IMG/VR virus record: IMGVR_UViG_3300019124_000038
Span: 82,500-146,499 of that record
Source: a virus
DNA: 64,000 nucleotides
Reading direction: 5' to 3' (one strand)
Shown here: positions 9,047 to 18,568 of the stretch, piece by piece
How positions within the stretch are numbered: the first letter of the stretch is position 1
Layout: each line of letters opens with the position of its first letter
Position numbers and translations under genes: made by a program
Notes under the pieces: model-generated
What the model was told of the DNA's origin: nothing
Databases searched by the model: none
Seen by the model: the letters and a program-made list of their open reading frames with translations, nothing else

Positions 9047-9066
9047 GGGACAGCTTCGGCTGTCCT
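9047..9066 (+). terminator. Terminator hairpin
   Basis: GGGACAGC-TTCG-GCTGTCCT. Confidence 0.7.
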
Positions 9067-9108
9067 TGACTCTTTTCTAGTAGTCTAGTATAATACAGGT
9101 ATAATACA
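9066..9108 (+). promoter_or_regulatory. sigmaA promoter
   Basis: TTGACT-17-TATAAT then N5-TATAATACA. Confidence 0.8.
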
Positions 9109-9124
9109 TGAGAGGGTGACATGA

Positions 9125-9295
9125 ATGATGATGTTCAATATTGTGTTTCTGATCTTGGCAGTTCTGTTCGTGGCGTTTGGTGCGCTGATGATTTGCATTC
9201 TGGAAAGCGCGGTGGCTCGACTCATTTGGGTTGGCATCATTCTGATCTGGATGATTAATGGTGCAAGTGCAGTTAACAGCTTGCTCGGCAACTAG
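9125..9295 (+). CDS. Small two-TM membrane protein
   Basis: 56 aa hydrophobic ORF after promoter and SD. Confidence 0.6.
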   Translation: MMMFNIVFLILAVLFVAFGALMICILESAVARLIWVGIILIWMINGASAVNSLLGN

Positions 9296-9468
9296 GAGGA
9301 GTCAATATTATTCTGAACGCTATCGCCACTGTAACTTCGGGACTTGCCGCCGCAATTTGGTTTGCAATGGACAAGCCTAAGTACGGAGCAGTTATGCCGA
9401 TAACGAATTACAAACCACTCAACATGATTGAAATATTGGAGTGGATTAAGCGGTAGGAGGTTTGGCTG

Positions 9469-9642
9469 ATGACACTTTTAGAAATTGGGATTCTTACGCT
9501 CGGACTTGTTGTTGCGCTCGGCGCAATGAAGCAAGAAGTTGAAACTGAGAATCCAAGCCCGTTCTGGTTTTACGTTTCCATCGTTGCCACGCCGATTCTG
9601 TTCGTCGGTTTGTGGCGCGGACTTCTGAGCCTGTGGGGGTGA
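9469..9642 (+). CDS. Small membrane protein
   Basis: SD GGAGG; two hydrophobic segments. Confidence 0.55.
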   Translation: MTLLEIGILTLGLVVALGAMKQEVETENPSPFWFYVSIVATPILFVGLWRGLLSLWG

Positions 9643-9647
9643 TAGCA

Positions 9648-10256
9648 ATGGGACTGAAAGTAAACATCTGTGGTGCTCCGAGTAGCCGCAAGAGTACCGT
9701 GTGCGCGGGGCTGGAAGCAAAGCTCAAACAGCAACGCATCAATGCAGAGACTTCTAAAGAATATGTCCGTCAGTACATTCAGACCTACGGAGTGCCGCAA
9801 GAGCTTGCTACTGAGTTCATCATCTACCATAATCAAATGTCTCGCGACATTGGTGTTGCTAACAACACTGACGTAATGTTGTCTGATACTCCAGCCGTTA
9901 ACGCTTATATTTTTGGGAAGCGTTCTTTGATGGCTAAGATGGCGCGGCAGGAACGAAAAACACCGACCGAAGAGGAATACAAAATTTTGGAGGAGCTTCA
10001 CTCTATGGCACTCCGAAAACTTCACTGGTTCGATCTGATCGTTCTCTTCCCGCCTACGATGGATGTTATAGACGATGGCGTTCGTACTGAGACGGTAGAA
10101 GATCAAGTGGCAATCTTCAACGCAATCAAGGGGTTTCTCGATGCTGAACAAGTCCCCTACTTGGTTGCCGAAGGTACTCCCGATGAGAAGATTGACTATT
10201 GTTTCGGAGCCATTATGTCTCGTCTGTTCGTGATTCCTGACACGCCGCCGTTTTAA
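9648..10256 (+). CDS. NadR-type (AAA_28) P-loop kinase/ATPase
   Basis: ICGAPSSRKST Walker A, EYVRQYI, DDGVR. Confidence 0.8.
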   Translation: MGLKVNICGAPSSRKSTVCAGLEAKLKQQRINAETSKEYVRQYIQTYGVPQELATEFIIYHNQMSRDIGVANNTDVMLSDTPAVNAYIFGKRSLMAKMARQERKTPTEEEYKILEELHSMALRKLHWFDLIVLFPPTMDVIDDGVRTETVEDQVAIFNAIKGFLDAEQVPYLVAEGTPDEKIDYCFGAIMSRLFVIPDTPPF

Positions 10257-10272
10257 TAGAGGAGGAAAATAG

Positions 10273-11478
10273 ATGGCAAAGATCGTAATGCTATCCGATA
10301 GTCCCACGCTGACTACTGGGTATGGTCGCGTCATGCAAGTTTTAGCTCCTGCGTTTCATGAGCTAGGACATGCTGTGACAGTGATCGGATGGGGATATAC
10401 GGGAGAGCCCCATGACTTCCCGTTTCCCATCATTCCGTGCAATGCACATGCCGACCGATTCGGCGAAGATATCCTTGGTGAATTCATTCGCTATGAAAAA
10501 CCAGATATCCTCTTCACACTTGGAGACCCTTGGATGACTGAGTTTATTCCAGAAATGGAGGAGCGCGTAGCTGTCCATTGGGTAAGTTACTTTCCACTAG
10601 ACGGATACCCTATCCCGAAGTCATGGCATGGATGGTTGCTAAATATTGATACTCCTATTGTGTTTAGCAAGTTTGCTCAGAACTTGGCAGAGGAGGTTCT
10701 TGGTCGTAAACCGCCGCTGATCTACCACGGCGTTGACACAAACAAGTTCCAAGTTCTTGATCGGAGCACATGCAAGCAGGAAATTCTCGGATTCGATGAC
10801 AAGTTCATCGTAGGCACGGTGGCGCGGAATCAACCGAGAAAGAATCTACCTGCGCTTGTAAGAGCATTTGCGGATTTTGCAAGGGGTAAGGACGATGTGG
10901 CTCTTTATATGCACACACAGATTCGTGACGTAGGATGGAACATCGACGAGCTAGTAGAACGGTTCGAGCTATATGACAAAGCCTACTGCACAGATAACTT
11001 TAATGCTCTCAAAGGTGTTCCCGACAGTGAGTTAAACAAACTATACTCGATGTTTGACCTCTTCGCTCTCCCTACGATGAGCGAGGGTTTTGGGCTACCT
11101 ATTTTGGAAGCACAGGCTTGTGGCACACCTGTTCTTGTAACAGACTTCTCAGCATGTCCAGAACTTGTGGTCAACCGCAACCAGCTCATTAAGGTCAAAG
11201 ATACGATCATTATGGGGCGGAACATAGAGCAAGCTATTGTCGATCACGACGATATGGTTCGCAAACTCAACTACTACTACGCCGATTGGAAGAAAACACG
11301 CGCTGGAATCATGGGAGCCAATAGCGTTTTGAAGGCATATGGGGTTGCTGGTCGTAGACTGGCAGAGAGCTTTGACTGGTCGATTCAGTTGAAAGAGTTT
11401 AACAAGATGCTGAGACAGATTACTCCACAAGCTGAAAGGCGTTCAAAGGCTATCTTTCCTCAGTTCCATAAAATTTAG
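10273..11478 (+). CDS. GT-B glycosyltransferase (GT4-like)
   Basis: TGYG, HGVD, RNQPRKN, EGFGLPILEAQACG. Confidence 0.92.
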   Translation: MAKIVMLSDSPTLTTGYGRVMQVLAPAFHELGHAVTVIGWGYTGEPHDFPFPIIPCNAHADRFGEDILGEFIRYEKPDILFTLGDPWMTEFIPEMEERVAVHWVSYFPLDGYPIPKSWHGWLLNIDTPIVFSKFAQNLAEEVLGRKPPLIYHGVDTNKFQVLDRSTCKQEILGFDDKFIVGTVARNQPRKNLPALVRAFADFARGKDDVALYMHTQIRDVGWNIDELVERFELYDKAYCTDNFNALKGVPDSELNKLYSMFDLFALPTMSEGFGLPILEAQACGTPVLVTDFSACPELVVNRNQLIKVKDTIIMGRNIEQAIVDHDDMVRKLNYYYADWKKTRAGIMGANSVLKAYGVAGRRLAESFDWSIQLKEFNKMLRQITPQAERRSKAIFPQFHKI

Positions 11479-11538
11479 AAGCGGGGTTGTTTGAAACTCT
11501 TTTACGGATCGTAGAATTGTACTATGGAGGTGTGGATG

Positions 11539-11721
11539 ATGATTGAAGTAAAGAAAAATGAGCACCCTATTCCTCACATCAACATCAAGTTATCTGAACA
11601 GCAAGCGTCTTCGCTGGAATATGCACTGAGCCTAGTCAGGCTAAATGGGGCACTTGAAGGTGAGGTACAGGACTTCCTATACGCACTTCAAAAAGCTATT
11701 GGGGGTATTCTTGATGAGTAA
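11539..11721 (+). CDS. Hypothetical protein
   Basis: SD GGAGG; overlaps next gene. Confidence 0.55.
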   Translation: MIEVKKNEHPIPHINIKLSEQQASSLEYALSLVRLNGALEGEVQDFLYALQKAIGGILDE

Positions 11722-12868
11722 TTACCAAGTGGTATGGCGGGGCATTGTGCACGATTCAACAGGGTACTCTCGGGCATCTCGGGAGTATCTTTTGTCTCTT
11801 GACAGGGCAGGAGTTGATGTAAAAGTAGAGCCGATGAACTTTGGTTCACCGCCGACCGAACTGTCCACTGAACAAGCAAACCGCATTAGCGAATTAATCC
11901 AAAAGCCGTATGCAACAGACAAAAAAAAGGTACTGATTTACCATGCTCAACCAAGCGGGATTAATGTTGAAGCAGAACGATCTCAGTATGATTACGTCAT
12001 CATTAATACCGTATGGGAGACAACAAGAATTCCTGCTAGTTGGTTCCCTGGCGCAAATCTTTGTGACGCAATTATCGTGCCTTCTGAGCAGAACGTTCAA
12101 GCGCTACGGGATAGCGGTGTGACCGCTCCGATCTACAAGGTTCCGCACGGAGCAGACTTTGAGAGATTTAATCCAAACAACGCTCCATTTCATTTGCCGC
12201 AACTCGAAGATCGTTTCGCATTTCTTTCAATCTTCCAGTGGCAACACAGAAAGGCTCCAGATATGCTTTTGAAAGCGTTCTGGTCTGAGTTCACAGCAGA
12301 AGAGAAAGTGATTCTTGTAATGAAAACGTACTGGGGTCATGCGCGGCATAGCGGTCGAGTGATTCGCAGTCGAATTTTCGATTATAAGGAACAACTCGGC
12401 TTCACTAATACTGCTCCGCTTTATTTAACAACAAGCCCGTTCAGCGACGATCAATTGAAAGGTCTATACACAATGGCTGATGTTTTTGTATTGCCGTCGA
12501 GGGGTGAGGGTGTGGGGCTTCCATATATCGAAGCACTATGTTCTGGTATTCCTGTAATTGCAACTGGGTGGGGTGGGCAAACTGACTTCTTGACAGATCA
12601 GAACTCTCTTCTTATTAACTACACATTGGAGAGTACACGATATCATCAGCATACCCTTGCCCCTGATTTTCATGACCTCTTCACGGCAGACATGCAATGG
12701 GCAGAGCCGAACATAGACAGCCTACGAAAAGCAATGCGCTGGTTCTATGAGCATAGATTCACCGCTCCGAAGGTATTTGGGCGACTCGGGCGGGAAGATA
12801 TGATGGAAATGTCATGGGACAATGCAGGACAAAGGTTTAAACAAACCATCGAGGAGGTGATTTCGTGA
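11714..12868 (+). CDS. GT-B glycosyltransferase (GT4-like)
   Basis: TGYS, WETT, HG, RK, EGVGLPYIEALCSG. Confidence 0.92.
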   Translation: MSNYQVVWRGIVHDSTGYSRASREYLLSLDRAGVDVKVEPMNFGSPPTELSTEQANRISELIQKPYATDKKKVLIYHAQPSGINVEAERSQYDYVIINTVWETTRIPASWFPGANLCDAIIVPSEQNVQALRDSGVTAPIYKVPHGADFERFNPNNAPFHLPQLEDRFAFLSIFQWQHRKAPDMLLKAFWSEFTAEEKVILVMKTYWGHARHSGRVIRSRIFDYKEQLGFTNTAPLYLTTSPFSDDQLKGLYTMADVFVLPSRGEGVGLPYIEALCSGIPVIATGWGGQTDFLTDQNSLLINYTLESTRYHQHTLAPDFHDLFTADMQWAEPNIDSLRKAMRWFYEHRFTAPKVFGRLGREDMMEMSWDNAGQRFKQTIEEVIS

Positions 12869-13003
12869 AAAACTCCAATAGAGAAAGATGCTCAAAATGT
12901 CAGACGAAATTAAAAACAGTTTCAGAAAAAGAGCGGAATACTTGCGCCAACTGTTACTTTGACGAAGTTGGTGGTCAATGCCACGATGGAAAGGAGTGAG
13001 CCT

Positions 13004-13726
13004 ATGCAAGCAATTATTCTGAGCGGAGGTAAGGGCACTCGCCTTTATCCTCTGACCCTTGAAGTACCAAAGCCGATGTTGCCGATTGGGGGTACTCCCC
13101 TCTTAGAGTATCAGATTCGACTCTTAAAGCAACACGGGATTGATGAGATCATCTTTTCGACTGGATATTTGCACGAACAGATTGTCGAGTATTTCGGTGA
13201 TGGTAGTAAGTTCGGTGTGAGTATCCAATATCGTGAGGATGGCGAGAAGCCATTGGGAACAGGCGGCGCGATCAAGAACTGCGCCGATCTTATTAAGTAT
13301 GAAGATGTGCTAGTAATGAACGGTGATATTTTAACCGACATTGACTTGACCAAGATGATTGAATGGTGGGATACTTGTCGTTTTGACTGGAGCCTGATGA
13401 TAGCTCTGGCAGAGGTTGACAGCCCGCAGGACTATGGTTCGGTTATTCGAAAGTTCAATGGTGTTATCACGAGGTTCTACGAGAAGTCTGATAAACCAGC
13501 AAGCAACCAAGTTAATGCTGGTATTTACATTATGCAAGCAGAGTCAATCATTGATCTCCACTTACCAGACGGCTTCTCGATGCTGGAGGAGACTGTGTTC
13601 CCATCGTTCGCGGAGAGCTGGTCACTTCTCGGTTATGAGCATAAAGGTTACTGGCTTGACATTGGAACGCCTGAGCGATACGAGCAAGCGCAAGAAGATG
13701 TAGCATCGAAAAAAATTATTTTATAG
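13004..13726 (+). CDS. Sugar-1-phosphate nucleotidyltransferase (NDP-sugar synthase)
   Basis: ILSGGKGTRLYPLT..PKPM, LGTGG, NGD, WLDIGTP. Confidence 0.92.
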   Translation: MQAIILSGGKGTRLYPLTLEVPKPMLPIGGTPLLEYQIRLLKQHGIDEIIFSTGYLHEQIVEYFGDGSKFGVSIQYREDGEKPLGTGGAIKNCADLIKYEDVLVMNGDILTDIDLTKMIEWWDTCRFDWSLMIALAEVDSPQDYGSVIRKFNGVITRFYEKSDKPASNQVNAGIYIMQAESIIDLHLPDGFSMLEETVFPSFAESWSLLGYEHKGYWLDIGTPERYEQAQEDVASKKIIL

Positions 13727-13847
13727 TTGTGGTATACTTCCTCCCCTGTTGGTCATACTATGTATTGTAACCAACAATCGTTTAGTGACCGCTATAGCAC
13801 ATCTATGGTATAATGTGCGTACATGCGGAAGCTAAGGAGGGAACTAT

Positions 13848-14240
13848 ATGACAACCAAAGCAAAGAAATCATACAAGGTCTCCGAAGAGAACATCCGTGC
13901 GGTTGAGTCCTACATTGTTCGACGTATTCGCGAAACTGGCTCCAGAACAATCGCTGAACCGTTTAATAAGATAGCAGAGGGTTCAGGGGTATCGCTTGTT
14001 ACCACAACAAAGGCTATGGATGAACTTGCCAGATTGGGCGCTGTGCGCGTCGTGAAGTCGGCATCTCGCCGCAATCCGAACCAGTATACTTATCTTCTTG
14101 ATATTGAAGATTTTATCATGGAAGAAGAGGAGATGACACAACTGGAATATTTGAAGAAACAAGTGGAAGAACTGCGAAGACGCGTACAAGAATTAGAAAC
14201 TGAGAATCGTGAGCTTCGTTTAACATGTAGTATCCGATGA
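13848..14240 (+). CDS. Winged-HTH regulator with C-terminal coiled coil
   Basis: KIAEGSGVSLVTTTKAMDEL HTH; heptad tail. Confidence 0.7.
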   Translation: MTTKAKKSYKVSEENIRAVESYIVRRIRETGSRTIAEPFNKIAEGSGVSLVTTTKAMDELARLGAVRVVKSASRRNPNQYTYLLDIEDFIMEEEEMTQLEYLKKQVEELRRRVQELETENRELRLTCSIR

Positions 14241-14268
14241 GCCAAGCAAAGAGCTTGGTTCTTTTTTT
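14239..14268 (+). terminator. Intrinsic terminator
   Basis: GAGCCAAGC/GCTTGGTTC plus T tract. Confidence 0.7.
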
Positions 14269-14527
14269 CCACTTGACTCTATTGCAATTTATTTGCTAGA
14301 ATAGTCTTACTTCAATCGAAGGAGGAAGAACTAGTGACACCAAAAGATATTTTGTCTACTGTCGTCTGTAATTTGCATTCCTGCGGTCAATTCACCGACG
14401 AAGACTTAGAAATTTGGTCTCGTATCATCGAGCAGATGACGGAGAATGGACTGCTTAAAATTGGAGAGAACTTGTACTTCCAACTGGTAGATATGGGCTA
14501 ACCACCCATTCTGCCTTTTTTCATTCC

Positions 14528-14571
14528 TTGACATTTTTTTTGGTAGAGTGATATAATATAAGCATAACACA
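14528..14571 (+). promoter_or_regulatory. sigmaA promoter
   Basis: TTGACA-18-TATAAT then N5-CATAACACA. Confidence 0.8.
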
Positions 14572-14582
14572 TCAAGGAGTGA

Positions 14583-14858
14583 ATGAAATTGTCTCAGGGC
14601 ATGACAAGCGCACAGATTGCTCAATCCGTCCCTGCCGATCTCCAGATCACTCCACCGCCAGCGGTAGAAACTGTTCCTGTTGTCACAGTCACGATGGACA
14701 ATATTGAAAAGTTTAACGCTGTAATGGCGGCGGTTCGGTCAAAGCTCGGGGAACTAGTGGAGCAAGGCGTGATCACTGACATGACTGCAAAGCGTGTCTT
14801 GGCGGAGTTGGAAGCAAACTACTTCCTGCAACTTGTACGAGTCTCCGTACAGCTCTAA
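14583..14858 (+). CDS. Hypothetical protein
   Basis: SD AAGGAG downstream of promoter. Confidence 0.65.
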   Translation: MKLSQGMTSAQIAQSVPADLQITPPPAVETVPVVTVTMDNIEKFNAVMAAVRSKLGELVEQGVITDMTAKRVLAELEANYFLQLVRVSVQL

Positions 14859-14901
14859 CGGGTAGGGGAGGGGCATTCCCAATACCCAAGGAGGACTACT
14901 G

Positions 14902-16047
14902 GTGGACTTTAATAAGGAAAGGGAAATGTGCCTTGCGCTAAAAGAAGCAGGGCGCACAAGAAAAGAAATTGCTGAGATCACGGGACTGTCTGAACGTCAA
15001 GTCAAGCGTCGTCTGGCAAATAAAAAAAAGTCTGACGGTCTGCTCATCGACGGGAAAAGTCTTTTTGGAACGAACATTGTCGTTAGTGGTGATACAGAAG
15101 GCTGGTCGCGGACGATTAAGCCATTCGACCAGTCACCGCCGTTTGTAGACTATGAGCATCACCACAAGGTCTTGGAAGAATTCACGAAACAACGCACCGA
15201 AAAGACAGATATCCCGCAGATCGAGAATCCGCTTCTTGCTACAAACGATCAATTATTCGACTATAAGCGGTCGGACGAGAATCGTCAGGCAGTTCAGAAG
15301 CGTGTAGAAGATCGGTTCGTGGGAAGAGAAGTTAAGGTTCTCTACCTGTCAGACCTGCATATTCCGTTCACTGACTACGAAACAGTTTTTCGTATCGTAG
15401 AGCAACATAGCGATGCGAATGTATGTATTGTCAACGGCGATCTTCTCGATCTCTTCGCAGTCAGCAAATTCTCTAAGAATAAGCATGTAGCTCTTCGTAA
15501 GGAGATTGAAGATGGTCGAGTGTTTCTGGAGTATCTGTCCAAGCGTTTCGAAGTAGTGGTCGTTACAGAAGGCAACCATGAACGCCGCCTTCGTCGCTTC
15601 ATTGAAGAGGAAATCCCGCAAGAGATGCAGTTCCTCTTCCCGAAGGATATCCTGCGTGTGATCGTCAGCGGCGAGGTGCTTGACAAAGATCGTTTGGATA
15701 ATGTAGAGGTAGTTGGTACTTGGTGGGTGAAGCTATGGGATACAATCTACGCACATCCTGACAACTATAACTCTCCACCGATGCGAACTTCAATCAGTAC
15801 TTCACAATACTTTATCATGTCTCGCGGCATTCAGCACCGTGTCTGTATCATCGGGCATACGCACAAGGTCGGTGAAATCATGAATGGTGGAGTGAAGATT
15901 ATCGAGTCAGGCTGTCTGTGTCATGATATGGACTACCACTTCGGCTCGAAGTTCACGCAACAACCGTGGGTCAAGGCATATGTCGTTCAGCGAATCGGAA
16001 AAGATGGATTAAGCGATCTGAATAGCACACGCGCAATTCTGCTCTAG
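14902..16047 (+). CDS. Calcineurin-like metallophosphoesterase with N-terminal HTH
   Basis: SDLH, NGD, GNHE, H, GHTH motifs; RKEIAEITGLSERQVKRRL HTH. Confidence 0.88.
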   Translation: MDFNKEREMCLALKEAGRTRKEIAEITGLSERQVKRRLANKKKSDGLLIDGKSLFGTNIVVSGDTEGWSRTIKPFDQSPPFVDYEHHHKVLEEFTKQRTEKTDIPQIENPLLATNDQLFDYKRSDENRQAVQKRVEDRFVGREVKVLYLSDLHIPFTDYETVFRIVEQHSDANVCIVNGDLLDLFAVSKFSKNKHVALRKEIEDGRVFLEYLSKRFEVVVVTEGNHERRLRRFIEEEIPQEMQFLFPKDILRVIVSGEVLDKDRLDNVEVVGTWWVKLWDTIYAHPDNYNSPPMRTSISTSQYFIMSRGIQHRVCIIGHTHKVGEIMNGGVKIIESGCLCHDMDYHFGSKFTQQPWVKAYVVQRIGKDGLSDLNSTRAILL

Positions 16048-16208
16048 GGGGAAACGAGCATGAATCCTGTTGTGTTAGGCACTCTCATCATTAACTATCT
16101 TCTGCTTATGACGGGGTTATTCTGGCACAGTAGCCATACGCCTAACCTCCGTCTGCGGCAGGAGAACAACGTACTGAAAGAAAAATAAACACTAGGAGGG
16201 TCTAATAT

Positions 16209-16640
16209 ATGACCGTAGTAACTGACGAACGTAAAGCTGTGCGCCAGATGGAAATTGAAGACGAGATGATTGCGTACTTCCAACGTAAGGAGATGATTAA
16301 GGAGCTAACAGAAGCAAATAAACTGAGCATGGAGAAATTTGAGGAATTCATGGAGGATATGCTGGACGACTTCGTAATTGCCCCGTTGCTCGATGGGACG
16401 TTTGCAGTTCTGCGCCGCCGTGTTCGTGAAGTAGAAAAGCTAGACAAGAAAGCTCTGGCTCTCCGCATTCTGGTTACGCCGCAAGACCTGAAAAAGCCGT
16501 TTGACTTCTCCATCCTGACACAGCAAGGCAAGCTCACGCCGCGACTTATCACGGAACACACCGAACATGAGACCAAGACTGTCGTAAGCCTGACGCGCCG
16601 CAAAACTGCTCCGAAGAAAAAGGATAATGGCAACGGATAA
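16209..16640 (+). CDS. Hypothetical protein
   Basis: SD GGAGG, 143 aa. Confidence 0.7.
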   Translation: MTVVTDERKAVRQMEIEDEMIAYFQRKEMIKELTEANKLSMEKFEEFMEDMLDDFVIAPLLDGTFAVLRRRVREVEKLDKKALALRILVTPQDLKKPFDFSILTQQGKLTPRLITEHTEHETKTVVSLTRRKTAPKKKDNGNG

Positions 16641-16688
16641 GCAAGAGCGTATCTACTAGGAATCTACTAAATGGAGGAAAGTTTTTGC

Positions 16689-16732
16689 TTGACTTTCCTC
16701 CCTCGTCCTAGTATAGTATAAGTATAAGATAA
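16689..16732 (+). promoter_or_regulatory. sigmaA promoter for NAD operon
   Basis: TTGACT-17-TATAGT then N5-TATAAGATAA. Confidence 0.75.
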
Positions 16733-16751
16733 CGAAAGGGGAAAACAAAAC

Positions 16752-17609
16752 GTGATCTATCTCGACGGCAAGGCTGTAGAGTTCGGGTCTTTCCCGAACG
16801 GGGAAACGATGTTGAAAGTCGAATTGGAGCGCAACCGCGTCTATTCGGTTGACTTCAAGTACGAGGGAGACGCTGATCTCTTCCGTCTGATGCTCCTGAA
16901 AAAGTACATCGACCAAGTTGGAGCACATGCCCTTTTGCGAATGATGTACATGCCATACAGCCGTATGGACAGAACGGAGAACGACTCTGCTTTCACCCTG
17001 AAATACGTCACGCAGTTCATTAACTCGTTGAACTTCGAAGATGTCTATGTTCTTGAGCCGCATTCCGATGTGACGATGGCTATGCTCGAACGAGCATTTC
17101 CGATCTACGTGACGGTCGAAATGCTGGACGATGTTCTAGAAATGATCGGGTTCGACAAGGATAAAGATTACCTGTTCTTCCCTGACGCTGGAGCGCAAAA
17201 GCGTTATAGTAAGCTGAAAGGTTTCAAGCAAGCAGTCGGCTTCAAGAAACGTGATTTCCAAACTGGGAAAATCGAGGGACTGGAGATTGTCGGCGATATC
17301 GAAACTGGCGCGAAAGTTCTCATCCTTGACGATCTCTGTTCCCGTGGCGGCACGTTCCTGCATAGCGCGTCTAAGTTGAGAGATATCGGCGCAGGAGAAG
17401 TGTATCTCTTTGTTGGACATGCAGAAGATTCAATGCTCGAAGGTCAAATGTTGTTGGCGAAACACGTCAACGCCAAGAACTATCTGGTTGATAAGATTTT
17501 CACAACAGACTCGATGTTCTCAGAGAAAGCCAAGACATACATCAAGGATGAGCTGTCTGATCGCATCCATGTCTTCAATCTCATCAAGGAGTCTGGCAAG
17601 AATGCTTGA
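16752..17609 (+). CDS. prs: PRPP synthetase-like pyrophosphokinase (candidate Adps)
   Basis: FPNGE, PYSRMDR, PDAGA, ILDDLCSRGGTF PRT motif. Confidence 0.88.
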   Translation: MIYLDGKAVEFGSFPNGETMLKVELERNRVYSVDFKYEGDADLFRLMLLKKYIDQVGAHALLRMMYMPYSRMDRTENDSAFTLKYVTQFINSLNFEDVYVLEPHSDVTMAMLERAFPIYVTVEMLDDVLEMIGFDKDKDYLFFPDAGAQKRYSKLKGFKQAVGFKKRDFQTGKIEGLEIVGDIETGAKVLILDDLCSRGGTFLHSASKLRDIGAGEVYLFVGHAEDSMLEGQMLLAKHVNAKNYLVDKIFTTDSMFSEKAKTYIKDELSDRIHVFNLIKESGKNA

Positions 17610-18555
17610 CCATTTTCTTGATGAGTATGCCGCTACAGAACGTTTGATTCGTGAATGGGAGAAATACGGTAGGCTGGTGATCGCGTATGACTTCGACAAC
17701 ACAGTTTACGACTATCACGGCGGCGGCTACTCTTACTCGATGGTAATTGATCTCCTCCGTAAGTGCAAGGAAGTTGGAGCTTACTTCATATGCTTCACGG
17801 CGCGGGAAAATGACGAGCTAGACTTTGTGTGGAAGTATCTGAAAGACAACAATATTCCTGTGGACAAGCTCAATGATAATCCTGACTTCCTACCCTTTAA
17901 CGGTCGAAAAATCTACTACAATATCCTCTTGGATGATCGGGCTGGACTCGCTCAGGCATACAACATGCTGAGTTACGCCGCGACACACATGAAGGCAAAA
18001 AGGAGCGTGAAGCGATTGGGTGAAGAATGGCGACCAATAGAAGGGTACGAAGGTCTATACGAAGTATCCAATCTTGGTCGTGTAAAATCACTTGCAAGAA
18101 CAATAATTCGTAGTGATGGTCGTAGGTGCGTGGTAACAGAGAAAATCTTGACCGAGCGTGTCAACGACAGAGGATACATAGAGATCAAGCTGTCAAGGTT
18201 AGGGTCTAGCACCTACAAGAAACTACACAGAATCGTGGCTACGGCATTCTTGGACAATCCCGAAAACAAGCCCGAGGTCAATCACAAAGATGGCAACAAG
18301 AAGAACAACCAAGCTGAGAACCTTGAATGGGCTACGCACTCCGAGAATATGCAACACGCTTTCGCAAATGGACTACATTCCCACCAAGGAGATCGGAGTT
18401 CGACCAAGTTACTAACCGAGTCAGATGTTCTGTCAATACGGGAGCGTCAGGCGAACGGTGAAAAGCGCGGCGAAGTGTATGCCGACTACGCTGAAGTGAT
18501 TTCCATTCATGGTTTTAAAGCAATCTGGTATCGCCATACTTGGAAGCATATCTGA
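17602..18555 (+). CDS. HAD-like phosphatase fused in frame to NUMOD4-HNH endonuclease
   Basis: YDFDNT..TAR..K..LLDD, then WRPIEGYEGLYEVSNLGRVKS and HRIVA..VNHKDGNKKNN..NLEW. Confidence 0.85.
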   Translation: MLDHFLDEYAATERLIREWEKYGRLVIAYDFDNTVYDYHGGGYSYSMVIDLLRKCKEVGAYFICFTARENDELDFVWKYLKDNNIPVDKLNDNPDFLPFNGRKIYYNILLDDRAGLAQAYNMLSYAATHMKAKRSVKRLGEEWRPIEGYEGLYEVSNLGRVKSLARTIIRSDGRRCVVTEKILTERVNDRGYIEIKLSRLGSSTYKKLHRIVATAFLDNPENKPEVNHKDGNKKNNQAENLEWATHSENMQHAFANGLHSHQGDRSSTKLLTESDVLSIRERQANGEKRGEVYADYAEVISIHGFKAIWYRHTWKHI

Positions 18556-18568
18556 GGAGGTAATGAAC

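Noticed and set aside
9300-9456. Short ORF after a GGAGGAG SD with only an ATT/CTG start
   Set aside because: No canonical start at SD spacing; insufficient support.
17410-17601. N-terminal extension of the HAD-HNH ORF
   Set aside because: Overlaps prs; the SD-supported ATG at 17602 is the more plausible start.
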